26,602 bases of DNA from a virus. Lineage: Duplodnaviria > Caudoviricetes. The stretch covers positions 1 to 26,602 of IMG/VR virus record IMGVR_UViG_3300032227_001068. The stretch is one strand, 5' to 3'. This document shows, piece after piece, positions 1 to 8,782 of this stretch. The notes below the pieces were generated by a model. It had not been told where the DNA came from. It searched no databases and worked only from the letters and a program-made list of their open reading frames with translations. The stretch's first letter is position 1. Each line of letters begins with the position of its first letter. The translations under genes were made by a program, and so were the position numbers.

Positions 1-20
1 AACGGCGTACAGGGGAACCA

Positions 21-37
21 CCCCCCCCCCCCCCCCC
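21..37 (+). repeat. C17 homopolymer tract
   Basis: 17 consecutive C directly visible, inside the open upstream part of the int frame. Confidence 0.9.
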
Positions 38-53
38 GTTTTTAGCGTAAAAA
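31..53 (+). repeat. Copy 1 of a 23-bp inverted repeat (partner 9418-9440)
   Basis: CCCCCCCGTTTTTAGCGTAAAAA versus reverse complement of 9418-9440 CCCCCCCGTTTTTAGCGCAAAAA, 22/23 identical. Confidence 0.85.
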
Positions 54-91
54 CAGGGGTAGACCTACTTCAGCAGGTAGACGCGTGGATC

Positions 92-1297
92 GTGGCTACC
101 CGCGAGCTTGACGGTCAAGCCGAATACCATGTCCGCCAGGCTGCGCGCTGGGTGCGCGATTGGCTCGAGCATGTGAAGGCGCACGCGGCCGAGATTTCAC
201 CCGCTTCCTGTATTGAATGGCTGCGGGATATGACCCGCGGCGGCACGCTTGCCCCGCAAACCATCCGGAACCGAATGAGCGCCTGCCGCCGCTTTGCGGG
301 CTGGATGCTGATCCAAGGGCTAATCGAATCGAACCCGTGGGCACATGTTCCGGGGCCGCGCGGCCGGGCTGGGCAAGGCCGCGACGCGTTCACCGATGCC
401 GAAGTGCAGCGGCTAATCGACCACGCCACCCAGCAGATCACCGAGGGTGCATCCCCCGCCATCCGAGCCAGCGCGCGCAACCGCGCCAACCTGTACCGGC
501 TGCTGTCCCTTACGGGCATCCGGCGCGGAGAGGCCCACGCGCAGTTGTGGAGCGACATTGACCTAGAGGCAGGAACGATGGTGGTGAGCCTGGACAAGGC
601 CCGCCGCCGGGATCACATCCCACTCTCACATGCGGCGGTTGAACTGCTGCGCGAGATGCGGAAGGCCAAGACCGGGCCCAAGGTGTTTTCCCGCACCGTG
701 TCCTACAAGGGGCTGGCAACCGATTTGAAGGCGGCTGGGCTATCCGGCAGGTACGGATTCCATTCGTTCCGCTGCGGCTACATCACCGAATCCTTCGAGA
801 ACGGCACCCCGCCTGAACTGATTCAACGCTTGGTTCGCCACCGCTCTATCGATCAAACCCACAGGTACTTACGGCACCGGGAACCGCGCCTGCGGGAGGC
901 GGCCGAAAGCCGCGGCGGAAAAATATCTAAAAACTCTCCCATGAAAACTAGTGCGGTCGATAGGTTACCCGTGGATTCAGCAATGGCCATGAGCGCACCT
1001 ATCAATGCGAACACTTCGGCGACCAGCTCGCGCCTCGCGCCAATGGCCGTTGAATCCACCACGCGGGCTGGTCTTCGATGTGTTCGCAGTCGCTCCACCA
1101 ACACAGTTGCAGTAGGCGCTACAGGATTCGAACCTGTGAGCCTACCCACCCGTGCGGGGCGGCTTTTAGCCGCAGCCTCATTGCTAACAGACCACGCTTT
1201 CCTAGAGGAAGCATTGGTGCTGATGCACGAGGCGCAATTGCTGCTAACGCAGCAGGAGCCATCGCATGGATCGCAATCGCTACGGGAAGATCGTTGA
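92..1297 (+). CDS. int: Tyrosine recombinase (phage integrase) with long C-terminal extension; true start probably upstream of 92
   Basis: Catalytic set present: TGIRRGE (R), DKARR (K), FHSFR (HxxR), VRHRS (H), THRYL (Y, about aa 259). The frame is open back to position 2 (...VDLLQQVDAWIV). Confidence 0.92.
   Translation: MATRELDGQAEYHVRQAARWVRDWLEHVKAHAAEISPASCIEWLRDMTRGGTLAPQTIRNRMSACRRFAGWMLIQGLIESNPWAHVPGPRGRAGQGRDAFTDAEVQRLIDHATQQITEGASPAIRASARNRANLYRLLSLTGIRRGEAHAQLWSDIDLEAGTMVVSLDKARRRDHIPLSHAAVELLREMRKAKTGPKVFSRTVSYKGLATDLKAAGLSGRYGFHSFRCGYITESFENGTPPELIQRLVRHRSIDQTHRYLRHREPRLREAAESRGGKISKNSPMKTSAVDRLPVDSAMAMSAPINANTSATSSRLAPMAVESTTRAGLRCVRSRSTNTVAVGATGFEPVSLPTRAGRLLAAASLLTDHAFLEEALVLMHEAQLLLTQQEPSHGSQSLREDR
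1112..1139 (-). other. att core (probable attP): 3' end of a tRNA, Val-like
   Basis: Minus strand reads TC-ACAGG-TTCGAAT-CCTGT-AGCGCCT-A-C: perfect T-arm, 3' acceptor strand and discriminator A. No anticodon or D arm upstream. Confidence 0.8.
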
Positions 1298-1625
1298 GGA
1301 CATCGGGCTAGCAATTCAAAGCCTGAACGCTGGTGGATGTTCGCAGGATGCGGAGTGGGTGCGCCTCGTGTCCATGCACAAGCTGTATGCGCTTACCAAG
1401 GCGCTTGACGAGTTCCCCACCCCCATCCATCCCGTGGCCATCCTCGCCGCCGCGCACATCGTGATGCAGCAGGAGCGCCGGAAGGACTGCGCGCCGCTTG
1501 TGTCGCTGGGCCAGGGTGATTACCGCCGAGACATTTCCGAGGATGAGGTTGAGCCCGCACCCGAGGTGCCGCTTCTTACCCGTGGCGTTCGCGTCATCCG
1601 CTCGCTGGCGGGAGGTGGCCGATGA
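1266..1625 (+). CDS. Hypothetical protein
   Basis: AGGAG RBS upstream, overlaps int stop, coupled to next gene by ATGA. Confidence 0.7.
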   Translation: MDRNRYGKIVEDIGLAIQSLNAGGCSQDAEWVRLVSMHKLYALTKALDEFPTPIHPVAILAAAHIVMQQERRKDCAPLVSLGQGDYRRDISEDEVEPAPEVPLLTRGVRVIRSLAGGGR

Positions 1626-1771
1626 CCCTTGTTGAAGTTGCCGAGGTGCTGGGCTGCGATCCCAAAACCGTTTGGTACCACGAGCAGAAGGCGCTTGCGA
1701 AGCTGCGCAAAGCGATCAAGCGCGAGCGTGATTTGTTGGCGCTGGCAGAGGAGGTGCGCTGTGGCCGCTAA
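1622..1771 (+). CDS. Small sigma70 region-4-like HTH protein (49 aa, absent from ORF track)
   Basis: MTLVEVAEVLGCDPKTVWYHEQKALAKLRKAIKRERDLLALAEEVRCGR matches the TLxEIAxxLGxSxxxVxxxExxALxKLR pattern; GGAGGT RBS at 1611-1616. Confidence 0.8.
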   Translation: MTLVEVAEVLGCDPKTVWYHEQKALAKLRKAIKRERDLLALAEEVRCGR

Positions 1772-2603
1772 CACCTTCGCCCTTGGCGTTCGTGAACACA
1801 TCCCCGCTGCGGACTACCACGCGGTGCCTGCGCTGTCCTCCACATTTATGAAGGCAATGCTTGCCAAGTCACCGCTGCACGCTCGCTACCAAATGGAGAA
1901 TGGCGAGAGCAATGACGCGATGAACATGGGCACCGCGGTGCATACCGCGATCCTGACCCCGGACATGTACGAAGCCGAGGTGGCGGTAGCGCCGAAGTGC
2001 GACAAGCGCACCACCGCAGGCAAGGCCGAGTTCCGCGCGTTTGAAGTCCTGAACGGGCACAAGTTGATCCTTGATGCCAGCCAGGGCGAGGCGGTGGCGG
2101 GCATGGTTGCCGCGGTTCACGCTTCCAATTCGTGCCGCGCCATGCTGGAGATGGCTACCCAGCGTGAACTTTCCGTGTTTGCGGAAGACCCGCACACAGG
2201 AACGCAGTTGAAGGCGCGGCTGGATGGGTATGACCCAGCCACCGGCTGGGTGATCGACCTGAAGACCTGCCGCGACGCGTCCTATCCCGGTTTCAAGTCT
2301 GCGCTGTGGAACCTTGGCTACGGGTTGCAGGCCGCGTTCTATCGACGCGTGGCTCGCATCGCGGGGCTCAATGTGAGCGGGTTTGCGTTCCTGTGCGTCG
2401 AGAACACCGCGCCCCACGGCGTGGCCGTGTACGCGATGGACGATTCCGACATGGACTACTTCGAAGCAGACATGCGGCGGCTGATCGCGGACTACAAGGT
2501 GTGCCGCGAAACCGAGACATGGCCCGGCTACCCGGATCGCATCGAACGCATCGGGCTTGCGAATTGGGCGCGGCGGCAGCTTGAGGAAGGGCTTGCACGA
2601 TGA
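1761..2603 (+). CDS. PD-(D/E)XK exonuclease, RecE/exonuclease VIII (DUF3799)-like
   Basis: YHAVPALSST, MGTAVH, KARLD, IDLKT, GYGLQAAFY motifs; GTG at 1761 follows GAGGAGG RBS. Confidence 0.88.
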   Translation: MAANTFALGVREHIPAADYHAVPALSSTFMKAMLAKSPLHARYQMENGESNDAMNMGTAVHTAILTPDMYEAEVAVAPKCDKRTTAGKAEFRAFEVLNGHKLILDASQGEAVAGMVAAVHASNSCRAMLEMATQRELSVFAEDPHTGTQLKARLDGYDPATGWVIDLKTCRDASYPGFKSALWNLGYGLQAAFYRRVARIAGLNVSGFAFLCVENTAPHGVAVYAMDDSDMDYFEADMRRLIADYKVCRETETWPGYPDRIERIGLANWARRQLEEGLAR

Positions 2604-3406
2604 GTGAACCAGCAACCGTTCCCAACGCGGCGCACATCGAACGCGTGATCGAACAGGTCATGCCCCGCAACGCAAGCCAGGTGGATCGAATGGCGCTGGC
2701 GGCCATGATGAAGACCTACGGCCTTGATCCGCTCCGGCGCGAGGTGTACCCGCTGGCGTTCGGCGGCCGCTTGTGCCTGTATGTCTCCATCGACGGATGG
2801 CGTAGGCTGGCCCGTGAATCGGGGCGCTACCACTCCGGAGTTTGCATCTACCACCGCGATGCTGCCGGGGCTGTGGATTCCTGCACCTTCAAGGTGACCA
2901 CCACGGAAGGCGGTGAGTTTGAGTTCACCTGCTGGCTTTCGGAGTTCAAGGGATCAAGCCCGAACTGGCGCACCCAGCCGCTGCACATGCTGCGAACGCG
3001 CGCCGAAGCGCATTGCCTGAAAGCCGCTTTCGGGTTCAGCGGTGCCACCGAGGGCGATGAGGAACTAGCCGAAGCCACCACCGTGGTGGAGGCAGATAGC
3101 GCGCTGGCCGCGCTGAATGCCCGTGTGAGCCAATCCGCGGAGCGAACGACGGTATCGCTCCCCAGCGCACCGGCGGTGGTGGTGGAGCAGCCACCGCCGC
3201 CGAGCGCGCCGGATCGCATCCAGCAGCTAGCCGAATCCATCGCCGAGAAAGCCAAATCGGTTGGCATCCGATGGAGCGCAAAGCAGGCGGTGACCGCGGC
3301 AAGAAAGACCGTTGACGCGGGAACTGATCCATCCGAGGTGGATGGGTTGATTTTGAAGGCACTTCAACAGCAGGCCGAGCGCCTGGAGAAAGGTTCGGAG
3401 CAATGA
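2600..3406 (+). CDS. bet: Single-strand annealing recombinase, Bet/RecT family
   Basis: GLDPLRREVY, VSIDGWRRLA, NWRTQPLHMLRTRAEAHCLKAAFG; adjacent to exonuclease. Confidence 0.85.
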   Translation: MSEPATVPNAAHIERVIEQVMPRNASQVDRMALAAMMKTYGLDPLRREVYPLAFGGRLCLYVSIDGWRRLARESGRYHSGVCIYHRDAAGAVDSCTFKVTTTEGGEFEFTCWLSEFKGSSPNWRTQPLHMLRTRAEAHCLKAAFGFSGATEGDEELAEATTVVEADSALAALNARVSQSAERTTVSLPSAPAVVVEQPPPPSAPDRIQQLAESIAEKAKSVGIRWSAKQAVTAARKTVDAGTDPSEVDGLILKALQQQAERLEKGSEQ

Positions 3407-3879
3407 TCGATCTCATTCACGGAAGCAGCGAGGACAAGGCACGCAAGTCGAGCGGCGCAGGCGGCCCCTGCCCCGAGGGAACTTTTACCGCCACGATCAG
3501 CAAGGCGGAAGGCCGCGAAAGCCCGTTTGAGAACATGAAGACCACCGACAATCCACGCGGGCTGGTGGTTTCCCTGTGGTTCGACATCGAAACGGGCGGC
3601 CAGCGTTACCGCGTGTTCGAAGATGTCGCGGTCACGCGCATCCTGCGCCTGAACGAACTGCTGGACGCGTGCGCTCTTCCGCACATCGACAAGGCCACCC
3701 AGCGGTTTGAGGAAGCGAACCTTGAGGGGCGCGAAATCCTGTTGCGCGTGTGGCACTCGCAGAATGGCAAGGCCAAGGCGGGCGATTTCATCCGCCCCAC
3801 CCAGCAGCGCAGCACGGCCACGGCCGCGAAGCCTGGGCGCAAGGCGGTTGCGCCTGGGGCCGATGGAATCCCGTTCTAA
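3403..3879 (+). CDS. Phage ssDNA-binding protein (DUF669-like)
   Basis: PEGTFTATISKAE beta-rich N-terminus, flexible tail ending DGIPF, located after exo-bet. Confidence 0.7.
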   Translation: MIDLIHGSSEDKARKSSGAGGPCPEGTFTATISKAEGRESPFENMKTTDNPRGLVVSLWFDIETGGQRYRVFEDVAVTRILRLNELLDACALPHIDKATQRFEEANLEGREILLRVWHSQNGKAKAGDFIRPTQQRSTATAAKPGRKAVAPGADGIPF

Positions 3880-3884
3880 CAAAC

Positions 3885-3925
3885 CCCCGGAAAGGCCGGG
3901 GCGGTTGAGTTCTCGCCGCCCCGGC
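3885..3925 (+). terminator. GC-rich overlapping hairpins after SSB (terminator/attenuator-like)
   Basis: GCCGGGGCGG (3895-3904) pairs with CCGCCCCGGC (3916-3925); CCCCGG (3885-3890) can pair with CCGGGG (3896-3901). No U-tract. Confidence 0.4.
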
Positions 3926-3975
3926 TAATGGGGAACACTTCTCAACATCTGTAGCGGATTCGATCCGCGGCAAGG

Positions 3976-4488
3976 ATGCCGATGGTTACGGTGGAACTTA
4001 CCGACGCGGAAATCGAACTATGCGAGCGCGTGGCCGAGGCGCGCATGGCATCTAGTGCCGAGGATGGGTTGAACCATGCGTGCCTCATGGATCGCATTTT
4101 CACCGAGCGAGAGCAACACGAGTTCGGTGGCGCAGCCGGTGAGGTGGCGGTTGCCAAGTGGCTTGGGATTTGCGGCTACCAGCCATCCGTTCGGTATGTG
4201 AAGGGAGCGCCGGATGTCGAGCCCGACATTGAGGTGCGTTCCACCGGCTGGATGAATGGGCAACTGGTGGTGCGGCCGCGCGATCACGGTGATAGGCGCT
4301 ATGTGCTGGCCATCACGAGCCTCGCCAAGAGCTACGGCCAGGTGAGGCTGGCCGGGTGGATGTGGGGCCACGAGGCGCGGCAAGATGAGTTCCTGCAAAC
4401 CTACTACAACCGCCCCGAGCATTGGGTACCGCGTGACGCGTTGAACCCGATGCACACCATGCAAAGGGAATCGAATGGAACCGTATGA
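3976..4488 (+). CDS. Hypothetical protein, possible restriction-endonuclease-like fold
   Basis: GAAGEVAVAKWLG...PDV...IEVRST resembles E...PD...ExK with K replaced by R. Confidence 0.6.
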   Translation: MPMVTVELTDAEIELCERVAEARMASSAEDGLNHACLMDRIFTEREQHEFGGAAGEVAVAKWLGICGYQPSVRYVKGAPDVEPDIEVRSTGWMNGQLVVRPRDHGDRRYVLAITSLAKSYGQVRLAGWMWGHEARQDEFLQTYYNRPEHWVPRDALNPMHTMQRESNGTV

Positions 4489-4828
4489 CGCGCTGTTGCG
4501 CGATTTGCAGCGTGTATGCACCAAGCCGCACGGGCTGATTGCCCGCGCCATCGCGGCCATTGCGACCCTACGCGAGCAAGCGAAAACATGGGAAGAGCGC
4601 GCGGACTACCTGCGCGAGCGATGCGAGGATTTCAGGAAGCGGAACGATTACCTAGAGCGCGTGCAAACGGATCGGAACGACGATCAGAAGACCGCGCAGA
4701 TTCGCCAAGAGATGGCGGAATTGCGTGCAGATCGTGACGCGCTGCGCCGAACGCTTTCGCGCATGTACATGGACCCAAACGCGTTTGCAGCTTCGAAGGG
4801 TTGGGATTGCTTTGGGGAATCCAAGTGA
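4475..4828 (+). CDS. Hypothetical coiled-coil protein
   Basis: Charged helical heptads; overlaps both neighbours. Confidence 0.65.
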   Translation: MEPYDALLRDLQRVCTKPHGLIARAIAAIATLREQAKTWEERADYLRERCEDFRKRNDYLERVQTDRNDDQKTAQIRQEMAELRADRDALRRTLSRMYMDPNAFAASKGWDCFGESK

Positions 4829-6828
4829 CCACCACCGATGCAGCAGCCGCAGCGATTGAGTCCGCGTACCAACTGCTGGGCCTGATCTTCGAAGCGAATG
4901 ACCTGATCGAGTTCCGCACCATCGGCGGCCCCGGTGGGCTGCGCGATTGGGTTCCCCAGGCGAAGGCATCGCGCGTCATCGCGCAGCTTGCGGCGACGGT
5001 GGCGAAGGGCCAGCATGTGTATTTCGGGGCCAACCCGCGAAGTGGGCGCGGCGGCAAAGCAACCGATGTGGCTCTAGCGCGTTGCCTGTTCGCCGATTTC
5101 GATGGCGGCACCACCGTTGAACAAGCGCGCATGGCGTGGCGGGAAGCCAACATCCCCGAACCCACCGTGGTGGTGAAGACGGGCGGCGGCATCCACGCGT
5201 GGTGGCGCTTGGCGGAGCCGATGACCGACCTAGCAGAGTGGACGCGCTACCAAAAGGCATTGGCTCACCGGCTGGGTTCCGATTCCAGCGTGACCGATGC
5301 CCCGCGGGTGATGCGCTTGCCGGGCTTTGTGAACTGGAAGTACGCGCACCAACCGCTTTGCGTGGTGCATGAGAGCGAAGCGGATCACATTTGGACGCTA
5401 GACGAGTTCCCTGCCCCGCAGGAGGGCGTGACGGTGTTGATGCCCCCAGCGGCCACACCGGCGGCGGGATCGCTCTCCGACCTTTCTAGGCGCTTCCTAG
5501 AGGAAGGTTTTGTGATGCGCCAGGGCAGGCGCACCACCGTCTTTACGGTGGCCTGTGACATGAAAGCGCGCGGGTGGAGCATCGCCGAGGCCGGGCCGCG
5601 GATCATGGCGCGGGCGGCCACGCTTGGGCTCACCGCGGATGAACTGATCGACCTAAACCAACGGCAAATACCGAACGCGTTCGCCGCCGAGCGGAAGGCC
5701 GTGAGCGGCCCAGCAGAGGCGGTGCAGGCCGTGGAGCCCCCGCCAGCCGCCCCGGCGGCACGCTTGCAGCCTGTGCCCATCTGCGCCCTTGTGGCGAGGT
5801 GCCCCGAGTTGCGGCGGCCGGTCATTGAAGGGCTTCTACGGACGGGCGAAACCCTGAACCTGATCAGTAGCCCCAAGATGGGCAAGAGTTTTCTTGTCAA
5901 CCAACTTGCCATATGCGTTGCCAGGGGCGAGCCGTGGATGGGGTTCAGCATCCCGCAGGCGGGCCGAGTCCTGATCGTGGATAACGAGTTGCACCCCGAG
6001 ACGAGCGCGGATCGCATCCCGAAGCTGTGCGCCGCGCAGGGCATCCCGTTTGAGTCGCTGGCGGATCGGCTGGACATCCTGAACTTGCGCGGTGACCTGT
6101 GTGACTTTGACGGGCTGGGCGCGCGCCTGTTCGACCATTGCGCGGCCGGGCAGTACACGGTGGTGATCCTTGACGCGTTCTATCGATTCCTCCCGGCGCG
6201 CACGGATGAAAACGATAACGGGAGCATGGCGCGCATCTACAACCAAGTTGATAGGTGGGCGCGCACGCTTGATTGCGCGTTCGTGATGATCCACCACACC
6301 AGCAAGGGCGATCAAGCCGGTAAGGGTGTGACCGATGTGGGCGCGGGTGCCGGATCGATGAGCCGAGCGGCGGATAGCCACTTGATCCTTCGCCACCACC
6401 GGGAGGAAGGGCATGTGGTGCTCGACGCGGCGGTGCGTTCGTTCGCCCCCATCGAACCGCGCGTGCTGCGCTGGGCCTATCCCCTGTTCCACATGGCCCC
6501 GCACCTTGATCCCAAAGACTTGGCCAAGCCAGGCAAGAAAGACCCCGACGATGACGGGTGGAGCGCCCAACGGTTCGTGGAGGAGTGTTTCAGGGTTGAG
6601 ACGAAGCAGGCCAACGGTGCCACGGTGTGGCTTGATCGTGAGGCCATGAGCGGCGCGGAGCTGCGAGCCACGGCCGAGGCCATGAAGCTGACCAAGGGCC
6701 GAGCGGAGAGCCTGCGAACGCTGGCGCTGGGTAGCGGGTTGATTGAGAAGCAGGGATCAACCAAGGGTGTGGTGTGGGTGCGCCGAACCCACCCAGCCTC
6801 CGTGAATAATTCAAACGGAGACGCGTAA
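4825..6828 (+). CDS. Primase-helicase (RepB-like primase plus AAA_25/RecA-like helicase)
   Basis: LFADFD, KTGGGIHAWW, DAPRVMRLPG primase motifs; Walker A SSPKMGKS, VVILD, IHHTSKG; GTGA overlap start. Confidence 0.9.
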   Translation: MTTTDAAAAAIESAYQLLGLIFEANDLIEFRTIGGPGGLRDWVPQAKASRVIAQLAATVAKGQHVYFGANPRSGRGGKATDVALARCLFADFDGGTTVEQARMAWREANIPEPTVVVKTGGGIHAWWRLAEPMTDLAEWTRYQKALAHRLGSDSSVTDAPRVMRLPGFVNWKYAHQPLCVVHESEADHIWTLDEFPAPQEGVTVLMPPAATPAAGSLSDLSRRFLEEGFVMRQGRRTTVFTVACDMKARGWSIAEAGPRIMARAATLGLTADELIDLNQRQIPNAFAAERKAVSGPAEAVQAVEPPPAAPAARLQPVPICALVARCPELRRPVIEGLLRTGETLNLISSPKMGKSFLVNQLAICVARGEPWMGFSIPQAGRVLIVDNELHPETSADRIPKLCAAQGIPFESLADRLDILNLRGDLCDFDGLGARLFDHCAAGQYTVVILDAFYRFLPARTDENDNGSMARIYNQVDRWARTLDCAFVMIHHTSKGDQAGKGVTDVGAGAGSMSRAADSHLILRHHREEGHVVLDAAVRSFAPIEPRVLRWAYPLFHMAPHLDPKDLAKPGKKDPDDDGWSAQRFVEECFRVETKQANGATVWLDREAMSGAELRATAEAMKLTKGRAESLRTLALGSGLIEKQGSTKGVVWVRRTHPASVNNSNGDA

Positions 6829-7013
6829 CAGCGTGTAACACGATGAGGGAAAGTCCGATACTAATTAGGTTTTTGGCCCGATTTCAAATGGCGAAATTAG
6901 GGCGGCAGGGCTGTTTTATTTCCTTTTTCTCTCCCCTAAAGGGAGAGAGAAAAAAGAAAAAAACAACCCAGCCCTATCGGATCAGTTATCGGAATCGAAG
7001 GGAATATGCATAA
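6829..7013. promoter_or_regulatory. AT-rich palindrome-dense intergenic region, candidate replication origin
   Basis: Long pyrimidine/purine inverted repeat 6908-6974 and several short palindromes, directly after primase-helicase. Confidence 0.5.
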
Positions 7014-7358
7014 ATGGGAACCACGAGCGCCCAACCGTGGCAAGTGGTGATGGCGCTTGCGTCCCTTGAGTTTGGGTACGGGAACGATGCGAGCATGGCC
7101 GCCTACCGGGACCACCTGCGCCGCCACCAGCGCGAGCGCATCACCGCCCTTGCCGTGATCGTGCGGGTGTGCAAGGTCGAACCATCGGCCGCGGCCATCG
7201 CGCTGGGCATCGATGACATCCAAACCGCCACGCGCAGCCTGCACCGGCGGCCACCCGACCCTGACGAGGTGCGAGAGTTCACGCGCCTAGTTGCCGCGAT
7301 ATTCCGTAAGGCGCACGCGATGCACCTGCGCGCGAAGCTGCGCGAGGTGATGAAATGA
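7014..7358 (+). CDS. Hypothetical protein
   Basis: Basic helical ORF coupled to next ORF by ATGA. Confidence 0.6.
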   Translation: MGTTSAQPWQVVMALASLEFGYGNDASMAAYRDHLRRHQRERITALAVIVRVCKVEPSAAAIALGIDDIQTATRSLHRRPPDPDEVREFTRLVAAIFRKAHAMHLRAKLREVMK

Positions 7359-7636
7359 CCAGCCACGAATGCGGTTCGGGGATAATGCCGGGCATGGAGG
7401 AAGTGCTACTGCGATGGGGCCCGTGCGACGGTGATCGGGTTCAGGTCGATGGCACGGATTTGGAAATCCGCGTTCCTGTGGTCATGGGCGTGTGCTGCGA
7501 GGAACTTCCATCGAACATCGGGCGGGATGTCTACACCGAGGCGATTTACATCCCGGATAAGCAAGGCGTGTGGTGGTACAGCGGCCGGATGCGTTACCGC
7601 GATGACGGTGGCGAAGCGTATTTCCATCCCGCGTGA
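7355..7636 (+). CDS. Hypothetical protein (start may be 7385 or 7394)
   Basis: GPCDG-containing small beta protein; fills the operon. Confidence 0.6.
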   Translation: MTSHECGSGIMPGMEEVLLRWGPCDGDRVQVDGTDLEIRVPVVMGVCCEELPSNIGRDVYTEAIYIPDKQGVWWYSGRMRYRDDGGEAYFHPA

Positions 7637-7658
7637 AAAACTGTGAGAGGATGACCGC

Positions 7659-8030
7659 ATGGGCAGCCATTCACGGCAAAAGGGCAAGGCAGGCGAGCGC
7701 GAAGCAGCGGCGGTGCTGCAACAGCATTGGAACGCCACCGAGGCGCGCCGAGCGCAGCAGTTTTGTGGTGCCGCTGGTGATGCCGATTTGCTGGGCCTGC
7801 CGGGACTGCATTGCGAAGTGAAGCGGTACGCGGCCATCGGTGCGCTGAAGTTTCTTGAGCAAGCCGAGCGCGACGCAACGCCCGGAACCGTGCCATTTGT
7901 GATGATGCGCCAGGACGGGGACACCGAGTGGGCCATCATGCTGCGCCCCAGCGACGCGCCCGAGTTTGCGCGCCGCGTGCTGGCGATGATTGCCGAGCGC
8001 GCGCCCATGAATGCGGAGCCGGAGCCGTGA
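7659..8030 (+). CDS. Holliday junction resolvase, Hjc-like PD-(D/E)XK
   Basis: SRQKGKAGERE...GDADL...HCEVKR motif. Confidence 0.8.
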   Translation: MGSHSRQKGKAGEREAAAVLQQHWNATEARRAQQFCGAAGDADLLGLPGLHCEVKRYAAIGALKFLEQAERDATPGTVPFVMMRQDGDTEWAIMLRPSDAPEFARRVLAMIAERAPMNAEPEP

Positions 8031-8782
8031 GAGTTGCGGCGATTTCCTGCACGCATTCGCCGCACACCCCAATGGCCACGCACCATTGGCTACTAAAAAC
8101 GCTTGCCGATATAAAGGGGCTCACGCATTTCATTCACCTTGGTGATGTGTTCGAAGCCAGCGCGGCGAGCGTTCACCCCGACGAGGCCGGGCATTCGCTG
8201 CTAGACGAGTACAGGCACGCGGCCGCGTTCTTGAAGTCGATCCGCGAGGTGTTGCCGCGCAAAGCGCGTTGCCACATCACCGAAGGCAACCACGATGACA
8301 ACCTACGGAGCCAAGACCCCCGCCGCATCCCGCGTGCGTTGCGGGCTGTAGCCGATTTCATGCACGCCGAACCGTTCGCAACCGAAGCAAAGCGGTGGCA
8401 TTGGACCCCATACCGCAAGGATCGGAACGGGTGCCTTGAGCTTGGCCCCATCGTGGCTACGCATGGTTTCGATGTGGGGCAGAACTCCGACGAACTAGAG
8501 GCGCTGCAATTCTTCAACGCCACCGGCGGAGCCCCGCACCGGCTGTTCATCCGCGGGCACACGCATCGCCCGGTACCGCCAACGCAATGCAGGCGCACCC
8601 GATCCATCCCGCTTCCCTACTGGTACGCGAACGCTGGCACCTGCGGCCCGCTTCAGCCTGGGTGGATGAGCCGCCGTGATACATCGCAATGGGGCAGCGC
8701 GATCATCGTGATCGATGTGGGCGAGCCGATGAGCCGCCGCCGTGGTCGCAACTGGGAAGCGCGGATAGAGGTGATGCCGTGA
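8027..8782 (+). CDS. Calcineurin-like metallophosphoesterase
   Basis: SCTH, HLGD, GNHD, THG, GHTH motifs; GTGA overlap start. Confidence 0.85.
   Translation: MRVAAISCTHSPHTPMATHHWLLKTLADIKGLTHFIHLGDVFEASAASVHPDEAGHSLLDEYRHAAAFLKSIREVLPRKARCHITEGNHDDNLRSQDPRRIPRALRAVADFMHAEPFATEAKRWHWTPYRKDRNGCLELGPIVATHGFDVGQNSDELEALQFFNATGGAPHRLFIRGHTHRPVPPTQCRRTRSIPLPYWYANAGTCGPLQPGWMSRRDTSQWGSAIIVIDVGEPMSRRRGRNWEARIEVMP

Noticed and set aside
1070-1190. Complete tRNA gene
   Set aside because: Only the T-arm and 3' acceptor strand are present; no D arm, anticodon arm or 5' acceptor strand.
1629-1760. N-terminal extension of the exonuclease given in the ORF track
   Set aside because: Region is better explained by the sigma4-like ORF in another frame; RBS supports GTG 1761.
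3880-3935. HDV-like ribozyme suggested by GGCTAATGGGG
   Set aside because: No TCC-containing L3 loop or P1/P1.1 pairing could be built.
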